Origin: Pocillopora damicornis
Taxonomy: Eukaryota
NCBI RefSeq assembly: GCF_003704095.1
Contig: NW_020846873.1
Span: 124,001 to 188,000, forward strand
Direction: 5' to 3'
Length of the DNA: 64,000 nucleotides
Under the pieces are notes generated by a model. It was not told where the DNA came from. It saw only the letters and a list, made by a program, of their open reading frames with translations, and made no database searches. Every line of letters starts with the position of its first letter. Position 1 is the stretch's first letter. This document shows, in pieces, positions 12,901 to 25,938 of this stretch. The position numbers and the translations under genes were made by a program.

Positions 12901-13319
12901 ATAACTTATTGCCCCCATTGCTTCTCAATCTTTTTGTAACGAATAGCCAAATTCACAACTATGGTACCAGAATAGCCAGTAATTATCGAATGCATTTGTG
13001 CCGTAAAAATCTCAAGCAATTTACAATTCTTCACCAAGGTCCTAAAATTTGGAACTCTCTTCCTGTTTCAGTCACTCGTTTGTCAAACCTTCTTAGTTTT
13101 AAGACGAAAATGCAAGAGTTTTTACTTAAATAATCCTTGAATTGGCCTAGCCGCACATTTGCAGCACTTTTTCTTTACTTTATTTATTAATGTAAGTGAG
13201 GTGGCTCTCCCATAAGCCCGGTGGCTTCCTAGGTCTCCTCGCCTTCTAGCTATAACCGCTGTAAATAAATTTTTTTGTATTGTGTAAATAAGGCAAATAA
13301 AAATATGATGATGATGATG
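9950..13319 (+). mobile_element. Non-LTR retrotransposon ORF2 (CR1/L2 group, Crack-like), near full-length but defective
   Basis: APE endonuclease motifs HFNTRSL, GV*ETWL, GGGVGIY, YRPP, GDFN, IDNIF, SDH. RT motifs DLSKAFD, GPLLFILYINDL, FADD. C-terminal GPKIWNSLP, then AATAAA and an (ATG)5 tail at 13305-13319. In-frame stops at 10198 and 12168, a frameshift near 10800, and N-gaps including 11529-12050. Confidence 0.92.
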
Positions 13320-16300
13320 TGTTTTATCAAAGGTTTCGCCAAAATACTTGAAAACACACTATTATTAACCTTAAAAAGACTTGGTTTTAAGTCCATTTTC
13401 AGGATTCGAAACCAAATACGTTAAAATTTTTCGCAGACAAAACTGCCGCGTATTATGGACATAGATAAATAATGTAGATTCCAACTGAGTTTTTCCTGTC
13501 TTTTGTCGCTGTAAGTATTCATCTTGAAAAGGAAGTTACTTTTGTGCTGCCGAGAGAGGTTGTATGGAACAAGGAACGCCGGAAAACTGTCAAGGTACAT
13601 ATGAAACATTTAAATTGAAGAAGATATGGGTTAAATAAAAACCGTAAAAGTGTACGTGGGAATAATCAGCATTGGAAGCACGCTGTTAACATGTAAATGC
13701 GCTCAACGTATCCGCACAGCTGCTTTGTAATTGCGTTTATTTTCGACTAATATAGGCAGCAGATGATATAAACATTTGGTCAGGAATTAATTTTTGTGTT
13801 TTAGTTTTCCAAAATGGATTCTCTATCTCCCGGTTTGTACGATCAAACCTCGACCTTTTGATCTGAGTCCACGCATACGTACAGCTCCCAAAAAATTAAG
13901 TTTGATCAGTAACCAAGAGAGATGTAACAAGTACCTAGGGCTAATTTTTGGCGTGGCGCTTTATAGAAATTCAGTAATGTTTTCTAAATGCATTAAATTG
14001 ATCTCCCACAGGCTTTCTGACAGTATATCGTTAGCAAAACGTCATACATCATTCCCGCCCTCTCACATGGCTGAATGATCCCGAAAATTTTGCCTTTGAT
14101 TTTCAAGAGCAATCCTCTTTGTCCGTGAAGAATAAAGGAAATAACTTTTATCAAAAAAATAAGTAAATAAACGAGTAGATAAGATGAAAAATAGCAGAAG
14201 ACTTTCTAAAAAAAGAATCGTAAGGTTGCGCTGAGTCTTATGTGTAAACAGATCGGACGACAGCTTTAAATTTATTCAGACTTGCTTCCCAGACAGAATA
14301 TTAATTCAAAGAGTTGTGGAACATCTTTCGACATCCTGAACTCCCGACTGCCCTGAACCTAGGGACCTACCCTCCTGTTGAAGTGAAACTCGAGAAATTC
14401 TTATACGAATCTTAATTCATGTAAAACGGAATAGAATTTAAGAAAAACCAGCGATGAAATTGATTGATACGAAATATCATTGGTAAATATCATGTAAGGA
14501 GAAACTAATAATATTTGCAAAACTTTTTTCACGGAATACTGATTATAATACTGAATAGGATTTTTCTTCGTTCACCTGACGGCGTTTATAAGTGGAAGAA
14601 GTCAAAGTTACCCAGAAGATATCCATGTCCTAAGAGGTAGTAACTATCTATTATCCTCAATGTTTCAGGCGAAAAGAACTTTTTTGTGTTTTAAGAACAT
14701 CGGTTTCTGTAAGTTATTCCAGTAAGTATGTCTTAGCTTGCACGTGCCCCCGCCTTGTAGTAGGAACATTTTATGTGATGATACCGTTCTTGTAGCTTGT
14801 TTAGTTTTCCCAGTTCAAAAGTCACGTCAGATAGGCTAATGAAAAACTAGGCCGGTACGGTGAGATGAATACTGCAAAATCAATGACTGATATTGGAATT
14901 GATATCAGAGAGAAAGACAAAATTAATGAGACCACACATATCAAGGAGCGCAAGAACTGCGCTTTGCAAGCCGTGCAGATCCAAAGCTGGAACAACTTGT
15001 CGCGTCTATGAAAGATGAGCGCTAAAAAGGACAATGAACTAATTCTTTGAACGGCGATCAACGACACTTATTGGCCCTCAAAATTCTTAAATGGCGTCAT
15101 CAGATAAAAAAAAATTAAGCATCATGACAGGCTGCACCTGCCGCCAGCTTCCAGTGGCGAACTTGATGAGGAAGTCTCGAAGAGCAAAGCGGACATAATA
15201 TACCGCGGCGAACGACTAAGTCCTGCATTTGTTTGCGACTAGTTGGAAACGGTTTCTCTGTTCTATAAATACTTCACCAAGTGACGAAAACCGGTAACAA
15301 AGCCAAGAGTGGTAAAACATTGCTTCAAAGACAGATAAAAGTCCACTTGTATGAGAAAGCTGTTGCTGCACGATATACGAAGAGAAGGGTACATTGCGCC
15401 CGGTGTAGCTTCTCAGGTGAAGATTACTTTGAAAAGTATAGGTGAATAAGAGAGTCCTATTGGCGGGCAAAAAGCAGCTAAAGCTAATTTAAGACAATTG
15501 AAAAGTTAATTTTAATGTATTTCAAGAGATCAGAGATGGTAACTTGAAATTTTCACATTTTTCAATGTGTATCCTCTTTGGTAAGTTATCTTTTTCCAAG
15601 ATGAAAATCCTCTTGTGTGCTGCACGCTTAGAGTCAAATAAAAAAAGTTAGCAAGAAAAAATATTTGAAAATGTAGATCCACAAAATGCAAACTTTTCTA
15701 TTCATCTTTTTAAGCATCATTTTCTTTCGAGCGGTTAATGACAATAGATTATCACCTAAATTTAGAATGGCCTGGCCTTAATTGACAACAGTTTTTCAAA
15801 AGGTAATTTTGGCAAACATTCAACAATATTGAAGTAGCTTTAAGATATCTGCCTTGCGCTGCCGTAGTCAAAAACAAACAAAAGAGGCATTTCACGGAAA
15901 TTTTAAGTCCCACAGTAGTAAGAAAATGCAAAAACGAAAGAAAAAAATATATATTAAAATCAAATATGATCTTTTTCGTAAAAAAATAAATAAATATGTT
16001 AGTAGTCTTGAGCAGATAATGATCATGAATAAACGTTAAACGCGTCAAACAGTAATGGATTATGCTTGCTTGTAAGAAATAATTAGCTCAGCCAGATATT
16101 CTTACCACTTTTTTTATCGTATTTTCAGGCCTCCTCAACCTGTATAAACTCCCTGTGAATAATCCAAATGTACATGGAACTCACAAAGGTTTAAATTGGA
16201 AGTGAGCGTCAGAAGACAGCGAAAAAAACAGAGAAGATAGAGGAAAGAAGGGCTGACAATATAGTTGGAAGTACGGTGAATCATTACAAATTCATATTAC

Positions 16301-16443
16301 GAAGCAGAACTGACAGGCAACAGACGTTTTTTTTTTTGCAATGTTTGATGTTAAAATAATAGCCTTCTCCATGCTAGCAATTTATTCTTAAAAACCGTGG
16401 CGCAACCTTCTGTGATTCAACTGTAAACTTAAATTCTCTGAAA

Positions 16444-17331
16444 ATGACCTCCGACTTTGCACAAGCGTGTGTCATGGCTGTTCTTGCAACAGCCGCCTTG
16501 CTAGGTAACATTGTAATATTTCTCATGGTATATAAACATAGTTGGGTCTTGCATCCAACGAATGACTTTGTTATTAGCTTAGCATTGTTAGATATCCTCA
16601 TGGTGGTTATTCCAGTACCTCTTACGATCGGTGCTATGATAATGGACTCGGCTCAGTTCTACAGCGACACAACTTGTTCCATTTATGGGGTTTTCAACGA
16701 TTTCCCTAAAATGGCTTCTATTTTTACTCTGGCATTTGTTGCCATTCAGCGGTATTACAGGATCGTCAAGCCCCAGGAATATGAAAAAACATTTACCCCT
16801 GGGTATTCTGTGATCATATTGATGATAATCTGGGTCGTTTCGGGTTTATCTTCTGGGTTTCCCGTCATGGTATCCTGGGCTGAATATAAGTTCCATTCCG
16901 AGTATCTGGGATGTTATGTCACATTCAAATGGGACCTTCAACGATCAATTTGGAATGTAAGCTTGCTATTTGTAGGAATTGTAATTCCTGCGTTTTTAAC
17001 ATTCAATTGTTATCGGATCATTTTCCGCATCATCCGCGGGCGAAAATGTGAAGTTGACCCTCGGGTAAATGCTCGCCAAAGGTTTACCAGTAAAATGTAT
17101 CGCCTCACAAAAACTTTCTTGATCGTCTCAATAGCATCTATTACTTGCTATTGTCCTGCAGCAATCGTGCTCGTTGTTGATCAGCTTTTTTCACTACATA
17201 TTACTCTGATCGCAGCAAGGATTGCATTCTTTTCCACTGTGGTTGCCTCAGCGAGTAAGGTGTTTATCTATTGTTTGGTCAATCGACCTTTTCGGAGAGA
17301 GTTGAGAAACCTAATTAACTTTATTTTTTAG
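16444..17331 (+). CDS. Class A GPCR, single coding exon, 295 aa, almost no N-terminal tail, non-canonical TM7
   Basis: GN (TM1), LALLD (TM2), TM3 Cys, QRY, ECL2 W..Y...GC, CYCP (TM6), KVFIY in place of NPxxY, N.PFR helix 8. Confidence 0.88.
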   Translation: MTSDFAQACVMAVLATAALLGNIVIFLMVYKHSWVLHPTNDFVISLALLDILMVVIPVPLTIGAMIMDSAQFYSDTTCSIYGVFNDFPKMASIFTLAFVAIQRYYRIVKPQEYEKTFTPGYSVIILMIIWVVSGLSSGFPVMVSWAEYKFHSEYLGCYVTFKWDLQRSIWNVSLLFVGIVIPAFLTFNCYRIIFRIIRGRKCEVDPRVNARQRFTSKMYRLTKTFLIVSIASITCYCPAAIVLVVDQLFSLHITLIAARIAFFSTVVASASKVFIYCLVNRPFRRELRNLINFIF

Positions 17332-18060
17332 GCCATCTACGCAGGGGTTAGTTTAAGTTCTTTTAAATCGATATAAAAACTATATTGCTATAGAAAGCAG
17401 CTTTCGTTCGCTTGGCAATTGCCATATTTCTCCATTGAGCTCCATTGACGCTAAAGTGTTGTAGGTATGGAGCAATCCTGCACTTTTTGATAACGTTTTC
17501 GGTCCCTTTTTTTGAATATTTGTCATTTGTGCCTCGCTAGAAGAGAAATAACGACGCATCAACGTATGTTTAAGACAGTTAGTTATTGATACGTTCTTTA
17601 TAGCATATTAAAGGACTTCAACAAGAGATTAAGTTACATATTTTAAGTGTCTTATCGTAAATAGGTACAGTGTTGCTTAAACTGACAGATCAGCAGAAAC
17701 ACTTTTGTGGTCAAATAAGAGTAAGCTTAAAGAAACACTTAGTACAACCAGTAACCGTCACCATCAAAAATCCACAATTGAATTTGTGCGAAAGCATTAA
17801 TAATGTTTTCTTTGATACAATGTATTAAGATGCAAAATTTTTATTGTAACTACTTGCATAAGGTCTAATAAAGCTATTACAATTAATACTGTTGAGGCTT
17901 TCCATTTTGTAAATTTTCTTCACTTGAACCTCAAAGAACATAACTTTAACAGCCAAGGTAGGTAGGCTCCCTAGGTAAGGGACTACTGTAGTTCCTTTTC
18001 CTTTCATTACATTTTATTACATTATAACAGTTAATGGTCTGCTTAAAAAGTTCTGTTTAC

Positions 18061-18304
18061 TGCATTTTTCAATTGAGTGTCCAACATAATTTGGAATTGC
18101 GTTGGTTTTGCGTTACTGATTGTTCGAGAAAATTCACAGCACCAATGACCAATCAGATGGAGAACTAAAGTCAGTGGTGAATTGGTTATGTATTACTCGT
18201 TTTTCTTTGAATTTTAATTGGCTCGTTATGATCTTTTCCGTTCTGATTGGCTTTTGTAATCACTTCGGTTTTTGTTTTACAACACTCAATTGAAATGCGC
18301 TCTA
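18061..18304. mobile_element. MITE-like repeat with terminal inverted repeats
   Basis: TTTCAATTGAGTGT near 18067 and ACACTCAATTGAAA near 18282 are reverse complements. Internal CCAATCA/TGATTGG motifs. A related copy lies at 31493-31755. Confidence 0.7.
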
Positions 18305-19464
18305 TAACTTGTTTATACACAATTTACATTTAGGGCATGTAAGCCGCCTAAATTTTATAACAGAACTTTGACTCTGAAACTGAGCTGACGGAAATATTGA
18401 AAACTGCGTCATGTTATTTAAACCTAATCGTGGTTTGAGCAAAATATTTTCCTCTTCTCGGTCTTGATTGTTAGCAACCTAGATAGCAACTTAAAAATGA
18501 CAGTTAAATATTATAATAAAAAATTTGAAATTTTAGCAATGAAGAAAAGTAATAACTAAAGAAACAAACTCTTATTAACTTGATTTGAGAATCAATAAAT
18601 GCTTGCCGAAGGCGAGAACCTGTAATCTTTATAAATAAAAAATCCAAACTGCATGAAAGGTGTTATAGTCACGTTGAACTCATTATCGGAAGTATCCCGG
18701 ATCGATTTGATCTTTTTTTGCGGCTCCTTGAATTGTGATTATTCAATAAGACTCCTGCAGTCATCTCGACCTATCAAATGCGAAACAAAAATTAATAGTG
18801 CTGATTTGGTACCGACTTCTCCTGCGGTCGAGACCGTACAGAAGTATTTTTTTTTAGCTATTTTTGGTTGCATGCGATGTTAGCGTCAATAGCGTCAACA
18901 ATGAAATTGTGTTTCATTTTATGATGAATGTTCTGTTATTATCTGTTTAATTCCATGATGTGACAAGCTGTTATGACAGTTTTCCTCATTTGCATATTTC
19001 TCACTAAGTGGTCCAACGTAGCTGTCAAATATTTCTTTTCACATCGAGGAACAACCATTTGAGATCTCAGACTACTTTGCTGATTCTTTATCCCTATTTT
19101 TTATTGAATTTTCTTAGTCGTCATTTCCTTTTTTCTCTTATGACATCACATAACACTTCTCGACTTTCCTGCAGAGAGCGTCCACATGGTTATTCATCGT
19201 GGTGATGTGATCTACATCACACGTGACTACATCGTGAGACAAACGAAAAAACTTATAGTCTTGTCTTGGAATAATAATTTTTACTTTCCTAGGCGTGAAT
19301 CCTACCTCGTACCCAGAGTTTTATCAGTCGGTAGGATTGCCTTTGACATAAAGGACTGGGTTTGAATTGAAGCTAAGTTTTAAGACCTGATTTACATGAA
19401 GATCCTACTGTTTTTGAAGTGCTTGCTGACAGTGATACTGTTTTCCACAGACTCATTTCTAAAC

Positions 19465-22400
19465 ATGGCGGACGAAGAGCGAGAGCCCAACTTACACGTC
19501 TTGACCTTGAATTGCTGGTAAGGAAGTGTTTTGATCGTTCCCTTTATATTCGATCTCGTTCTTTTAAAAACATCGAAAAATTAACCTGCCTAGGCAAACA
19601 GTGGGATCTGAATTGCCGTCGGCTTGCTGGAAAAAATTTTACTGCTGCTACCCCGTTGGTATTATCTGTTTATTCAAAGTTTTTTAAACAGTTTTAATCA
19701 GCTTTAGATTGATACAATTCCTAAATTTCGTTTTACACTCTTTTTACTCTGACTGGTAATGAATTTTGAGAAGGTTCTTGTTTAAGCTCGTGATATACAT
19801 GCACTTGGTCGACTTCCGGTGATGACTTCTTCTATGTTCAATTTCTATAAGGGGTATACCTCATGTGTCCAAAATGTGGGAAGAACGTAAAGTGCTGATT
19901 GCTGAGGAACTTGCCAAAGGTCATCATGATGTAGTAACACTTCAAGAGGTACTTGAACGACTTAAATTTTTAGTAATTCTCAGTCACTGTGCAGGCCCCG
20001 GTTGTTTGGAGGGCGGAAAACGCTATCCACCGGATAAATCTCTATCTGGTGGATAGTGCAGTACGTTTACTTGACACTTATCCACTGGATAGTGATATTT
20101 CCGTAGGATAGCATTATTGGCCCTGTGATCAACTTGACCCAGGTGATTATGGATGTTGTACATTGCCTTCTTTTCATTGTTATTTTCACTGTGATGATTA
20201 TGTTTTCAATTGTGGTATAATTTTTAAATGTTGACGAAAGAATTTGTGTAGCCTGGAATTAAAGCAAACTCTTTTGAAGGAAGTTTTAGATAGAGGAGTG
20301 GGCTGCATGGGTTCTAATCCTTCAATGTGGGTAAGACCTAAGAGAGCTAGCTCAAAAGCTAATTTCTCTAAGATCTAGGATAATAATTTTTTCCAACCTG
20401 GGCAGTATTTGTCTAACCCTTTAAATGATAGGCATTAACTGAAAGATGAAGCCTGAGAATGCATTGGTAACAGTGAATTTCAGGTTTTAATGTGCAAAGC
20501 TTGGTGGGGTTGGATACTCTGGGAGTATAGTGCCAAAATATGGAATGTTTTTTTATATTTTGTTATACAAATTATTTTTATTATGGATTATGTTTTTTTT
20601 TCCCCACAATCTGTATATCTACACAAGCATGAACACATGATAGTGGAAAATATTCATGTGATCAACTCAGCTTCACCAAACATGTCAGATACTGTTCTGC
20701 CTGAATGATCATGAGACAGGGGATAAATACATTCTTGCCAGTCAGACAGCACAGTGCACTTTGCCATGTGTCACTATGACATGTTTCTCTTTTGTGTTTT
20801 GTTTTGTTGTTTTTTTTCCCTGAGGTTATTATTTACACACTTAAGAGCGTGAAATGAGGATTTTTGTGATGCAGATATCAGTAAGAAGTTGAGAGTTCCT
20901 TCCCATGGCAGTTACCACAAACCTTTCTTGTGAAGTGTTAAGTCTCAAATGCTCAGAGAAGGACCTGTAATTTATTGGTTAATGTCTTGAAAATTTTAAA
21001 TTCCTTCAATAAATTTCAATTTTTTTATGAACCTCTTGATCCTATTCAAACTTTTCTTTCACAGATTTGGAGTAGAAGTGATTATGAACTGATTGGTCAA
21101 ATAGTTAATGAAGTTCTTCCATACTCACACTATTTTTACAGGTATGAAAAAGCAATAAAAGAAGTTATCAATCTTGTGCAATAAGATGATGAGTATACAT
21201 AATTTAATGCTACATGTTGATGTGATCTCAACATAAAACATTTTATTCAATTTTCTTATAGCGGTGTGATTGGAAGTGGAGTTTGTGTGTTCTCTCGGTA
21301 TCCAATCATTGATGCATATTTTTACCGGTATTCTCTTAATGGCTACATGTACAAGATTACCCATGCAGACTGGTTTGGTGGAAAAGGTGTGGGATACTGT
21401 TTGATTGATCATCCCAAGCAACTAATTCATTTCTTTGCCACTCATGTAAGTACATAATAATATTATGATTTTAATTTGAAGTTATACACTTAACAAATAC
21501 TATAAAAAGGGTGTGAGCTCATTGAGGTGAATGTTGGTACTCTTTGAGATCAATTTTTAGCATTTACCTCAGGATGTAGTCACTGCAGTTATGAATTTGC
21601 AACATTTTGACCCCGTACCGCAAACTTCACTTGATTGTTTCTGTTTCCTTTTTTTCTTTTTAATTGCAAAAAAAAAAACTCCACACAGTGTCAAGAAATT
21701 GCTGACTCTGCAATCTAAGCTCCAATATTTGCTGTCCCCTTTACAGTTTGCACTGTTAGAACTGAGATAGGGGTTATTGGAATTGTATTGTAACTTACCT
21801 GAGTTTATCTGAGTTACCTTTCATTAATTACCTAGTTATCATCTTGAAAAACACTATTGAGGTGTTGGAAGTTGAGTTATTTTGCTCTACTTGATTTGCA
21901 TGCATTTGTCTCTTTGATAATTTATGATTAATGTTCTGTTCCTTCTTTAAGACACATGCAGAATACAATGAAAGTGGAGAGTATGCCCCCCACAGAGCAG
22001 TCCAAGCATACCAACTCTCTCAGTTTGTTCATCACTTGACAAAGCCTTCTGACACAGTGTTAGTTTGTGGTGACATGAATTGTGAGCCATCCCAGCTGTT
22101 TTATAGGATTATCAAAGATGTTACTGGACTTATTGATGCTTGGGATAAACATGGAACAATCAAGGTGAGAGGTTCTCTACCATTATAAACTTTAATGTAG
22201 AAGAGACAAGGTAACTGCTTTTCATTTTTCTTATAGTCAGTTTTGTATTTTCTTCCTTCAAATAAATTGTTTTCTTATGCAGTCCTCTTAATCATTATTT
22301 TCAAATCTATGTTCATGCACTCTTGCATGTAGTTGATTTTTACTTTGTTTGGCAAAAAAATGTTGCCTATCAATAGGCTTGTTTTGATGAGAAACATTCT

Positions 22401-24196
22401 ACAACTGTACTGATTGTTGGTAAAAAAAATACAGTTATGGCTCATGTTATATACAAATGACAAATATCATAATACTGGGCAATGTTTTGCTCATGAACTT
22501 TACAAGGGAACACTTAATATCTTTAAATGATTATGTCACCTTTGAATATATGACTTTCTCTTTCTACAGTAATTAAATTTCCAAAAAATTGAGAAAGTAA
22601 CCTTTTTGACAAACTTTTTTCTTTCACAGCCTGGTTGCTATGGTAACACATCAGATGTCAGTTCAAATACGTTTTCGGGAGATAGGAGTGATGCTACTGT
22701 TTCTCAAGAAGGTGGACCTGAGGATGGAAAGCGCATTGATTACATTTTTTATCAGAGCAGTCAAAGAAGTTTAGAATGTACGCATTGTGAGGTTACCATG
22801 GGACATGTCCCAGGAAACACATTCTCATTTTCAGACCACGAAGGTGTGGCTGCAAGCTTTGTGGTGACAGACACAATGGCTGATGAGACAGGTAAAATCA
22901 TTAGTACTAATAACCATACTTAGTGGGTAAGTGTGTGGAACAGCTCCCATCCACCAGCTTTTGATTAGTTATTGGCCAACAGATTACTCACAGACTACCT
23001 TCTAAACTTTGAAGTAAAGACCTCCTCTTCCAGTCTGTCACATAAATCCAGCACAGTTTGAAGAGATAACTAAAAGAATTTTTCAGTGAGTGAAGGTGTG
23101 ACAGTCTCAGTAGCATTATGTAAATGTGCAAGTACTACTATCGTAGATGTTCTAATAATCAACTGTCAGTCACCTCACTAGGCAACCATTGGTTCATAGC
23201 CGGCTTGCACTTTTGCTTGTCTAATTTCTCTTGACCAAGTTTACAACTTCAGGATGTTGGCTAGCGGTCAGCCAACTCAAAGTCTGCCTCTTGATGCCTG
23301 ATTTGTTCTATGGGAAACTGTTAAGAAATTTACCTTCTCTAATGAAGGTTTCTAGTAATTATTTTCTCTCTGCATAGGTGTTGGGGTATGTATCTGATGA
23401 TCAGTTCTTTATTTTTATTACGCTATCTTGTCATGCTAGGCAACAGCCATTTAGAATGATTTTAACCTGAGAACTCACGCCTTATTGTTTTTAAGGTGCA
23501 GGGGACAGAAACCCCTGAGAATAAGGGGTTGGGAATTAGGAGTGATTGTGATATACCAAAGATGAGAGAAGAGAAGGTGGGAAGTAGAAAAGGTGAAATG
23601 CAAAATGCAAAAAATTGTTAATCTGCATTTTTTTACAATAGAGGATGGGAGGGAGGATTTAAGGATGCTGAAAAGGGTAGGGTAGCTGAAGTGGGTGGAT
23701 ACTCCCCCTTCCCTGCCATTTGAGAAGAAACCCTATATATATTTCAGTTGTTAAAGAAGTTTTTTTTTAACTTGTGTATAATTTTCATAAAATTCATCTC
23801 TTTTTTTTTCAAGATTCATTTCAAGCTGCAGTTTCTATCAGCAGCAAGGGACGAGAAGCCTTATCTGAAACACAAAAAATCATTGCCGGTGCAATTGATG
23901 CATTGTCCAGACGACAAAACTTACAAGTGTTTATTGCTTGTGCTCTGTTGCTCTTCGCAGTTTATCCTGTCATGTTTCCTGCTGCAGAACACTCTCGCTT
24001 TTCACTGCACCATGTATTTGGCAAGATTTTGTATCTGATTCGCATCATTGGGACTTTTCTTGCCTCAGGATTTCTGTTCTACGGTATTTTCAATGTGAGA
24101 GATGAGTACAGTGTCTACAAAGCTGTTCAGAAAATGATCAATGTACAACTAAAAAAGATGTGTAATAGAAAAAGGATGAAGGAGAATTCTAATTGA
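19465..24196 (+). CDS. SMPD2: Neutral sphingomyelinase (sphingomyelin phosphodiesterase 2-like), 7 coding exons
   Basis: Exons 19465-19517, 19852-19948, 21065-21141, 21262-21445, 21952-22164, 22630-22891, 23814-24196, all GT-AG and in phase. Motifs LNCWGIP, LQEIW, GSGVCVFSRYPI, DWFGGKGVG, THTHAEY, GDMN, RIDY, SDH, and two C-terminal TM helices. Confidence 0.93.
19993..20142. mobile_element. Palindromic MITE-like repeat in SMPD2 intron 2
   Basis: Built from repeated TATCCA(C/G)nGGATA units with overall dyad symmetry (GGCCCCGGTTG...CAACTTGACCC). Confidence 0.65.
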
Positions 24197-25938
24197 CTTA
24201 AAATCCCAGAAAGTAAGGTTGGGTGTAGTTTGCATAAAAAAAAGTCTTCTGAATGAGAAACATTTTTGAAATCATACTTACAGATGATGGGTAGTTAAGG
24301 GAAGAATTGTTGACTGATGCTGGCTAGGTACAGGAATAACCAAAGACAAATTCTACTTAAAGTGGGGTTTCAATAAGGTGGTAATTATTAGCTGGAACTC
24401 TTCACAGATGTTTGATAATTGTCATTAGCATTACTTTTAGGAGCTATTTTCATTTCTCTCATGAAAGATAATTTGTGCTGTGTATCACAGATTTTATCCA
24501 AATATCTATCATATTGGTAAAGTTTGAAAAAGGAAGCCAAGCATATGTTTTGGATACTTTTTATCAAAATGAAAGAAAGGTTTTTTTGGATGAAAAATGC
24601 ATGGAAAATGTTCAGGATATCAGAAAAAATATTTGCATAAGAGTAGCTGTGGAAATATACACTCGGTTTCTGACACTTTTTGCCATATGTATACCAAAGA
24701 GAAGAATCACAAATTGCACATGAGTACATTCAAAACTTCTATAATTTTGCAGAGCAAAATTTTACTGAAATTGCTCCTAGTTTGCATTTTGTGATGTTTA
24801 AGAGGCAGCTTAGATGCAACAGTTGTAGTTATATTTTAATAACTTTTAATAAAATTATATTTTTCTGTATGCAGTTTAAGTGATACAAGCCCACAACATT
24901 TTGTCTTCTTCCATAGATATATATATTTTCTCTGAACCAATTTATGCAAATGACAATCGGTAAGAAAAAATGTCAATATAACAGCATCTAAACCCTAGCT
25001 AAACAAAGCCTAAAAATATTTAGTAAATGAGATGTAATTCTATCTGTATTAAACATATATCAACTAAAGATATAATGTTTAATTCTTTACAATTGGGGAT
25101 AAGTTCTGTAGCATTCATCACTGACATTGTAAGATTAATATATTGTTTGTTGAATAAAGAGAGGATTATTACTTTTCATGATAAAAAAAATTACTAGAGC
25201 CATTACAGTTTTATTTGCACTGTTAAGGGTGCTACCTGGGAAAATTCAAGATAAGGTTTGTGCATAAAATGGGAAAAAGCAGGCTTGCAGATCAGAGACA
25301 ACAAGCCTACCCACAACAAGTGTAACCAGTTATGACTTTCACCTATTGATCAATGACAGTTCACAAAACTGTGTACAGTCACCTGCTTTGAAAATTTTAC
25401 TTGCTGGGGGCAAAGGTATACTGACTAACTACACAGGTTACAATACTGCCATCCATTAAATCAATCATTGGCTAAAAAAAAATGTTAAAAGCAATGTTCA
25501 AGTGTTATTGATTTTTCCAAAGCTTTTTGTTTGAGAAAACCATTTCTCTATGTTACTCCTCTTGTGTAATGTAAGCTCAGATGTGCTAAGTTTAAGAAAG
25601 GGATATGTCTGAAATCAAACCTAGGCACTAACTAAAATAGATACTACTTTTAAAAAATTTCAACAATATAGAAAACTCTAACCTGCTTTACATATTACAA
25701 CAAAACATATTTTCTAAAATTAAATAAAAATAAGATTGTTGTTCTATGAAGAATTACTTTTATATTTAAAGAGATATTATTACAAAAATAATTCACCGCA
25801 TTATATTTAGCTATTATCACTATTACAAACATCTCTGTAAGTCCACATTTAGCATCATTTAATTTGCTGCTCCAATGCAGTTATCTTCCTCTGAGCTCCA
25901 TGTATTAGATAAATTTTCTTCCACTGAAGCAAATTTCA

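Noticed and set aside
14820-15480. GC-richer stretch with short ORFs, possible pseudogene
   Set aside because: No recognisable protein motif. It may be 5'UTR or promoter of the GPCR at 16444 (possible donor near 15580, acceptor near 16128), but this is not supportable.
17200-17290. Lysine in TM7 of the third GPCR suggesting an opsin
   Set aside because: Counting back from the TM7 Tyr (7.53), the Lys is at 7.49. The retinal-binding position 7.43 is Val.
19465-22891. GD.N, IDY and SDH motifs resembling a LINE endonuclease
   Set aside because: These reflect the shared EEP fold. The spliced structure, nSMase-specific motifs and C-terminal TM helices identify a host sphingomyelinase.
24388-24883. 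Cluster of four short ORFs downstream of SMPD2
   Set aside because: No motifs or convincing splice context; consistent with AT-rich 3'UTR.
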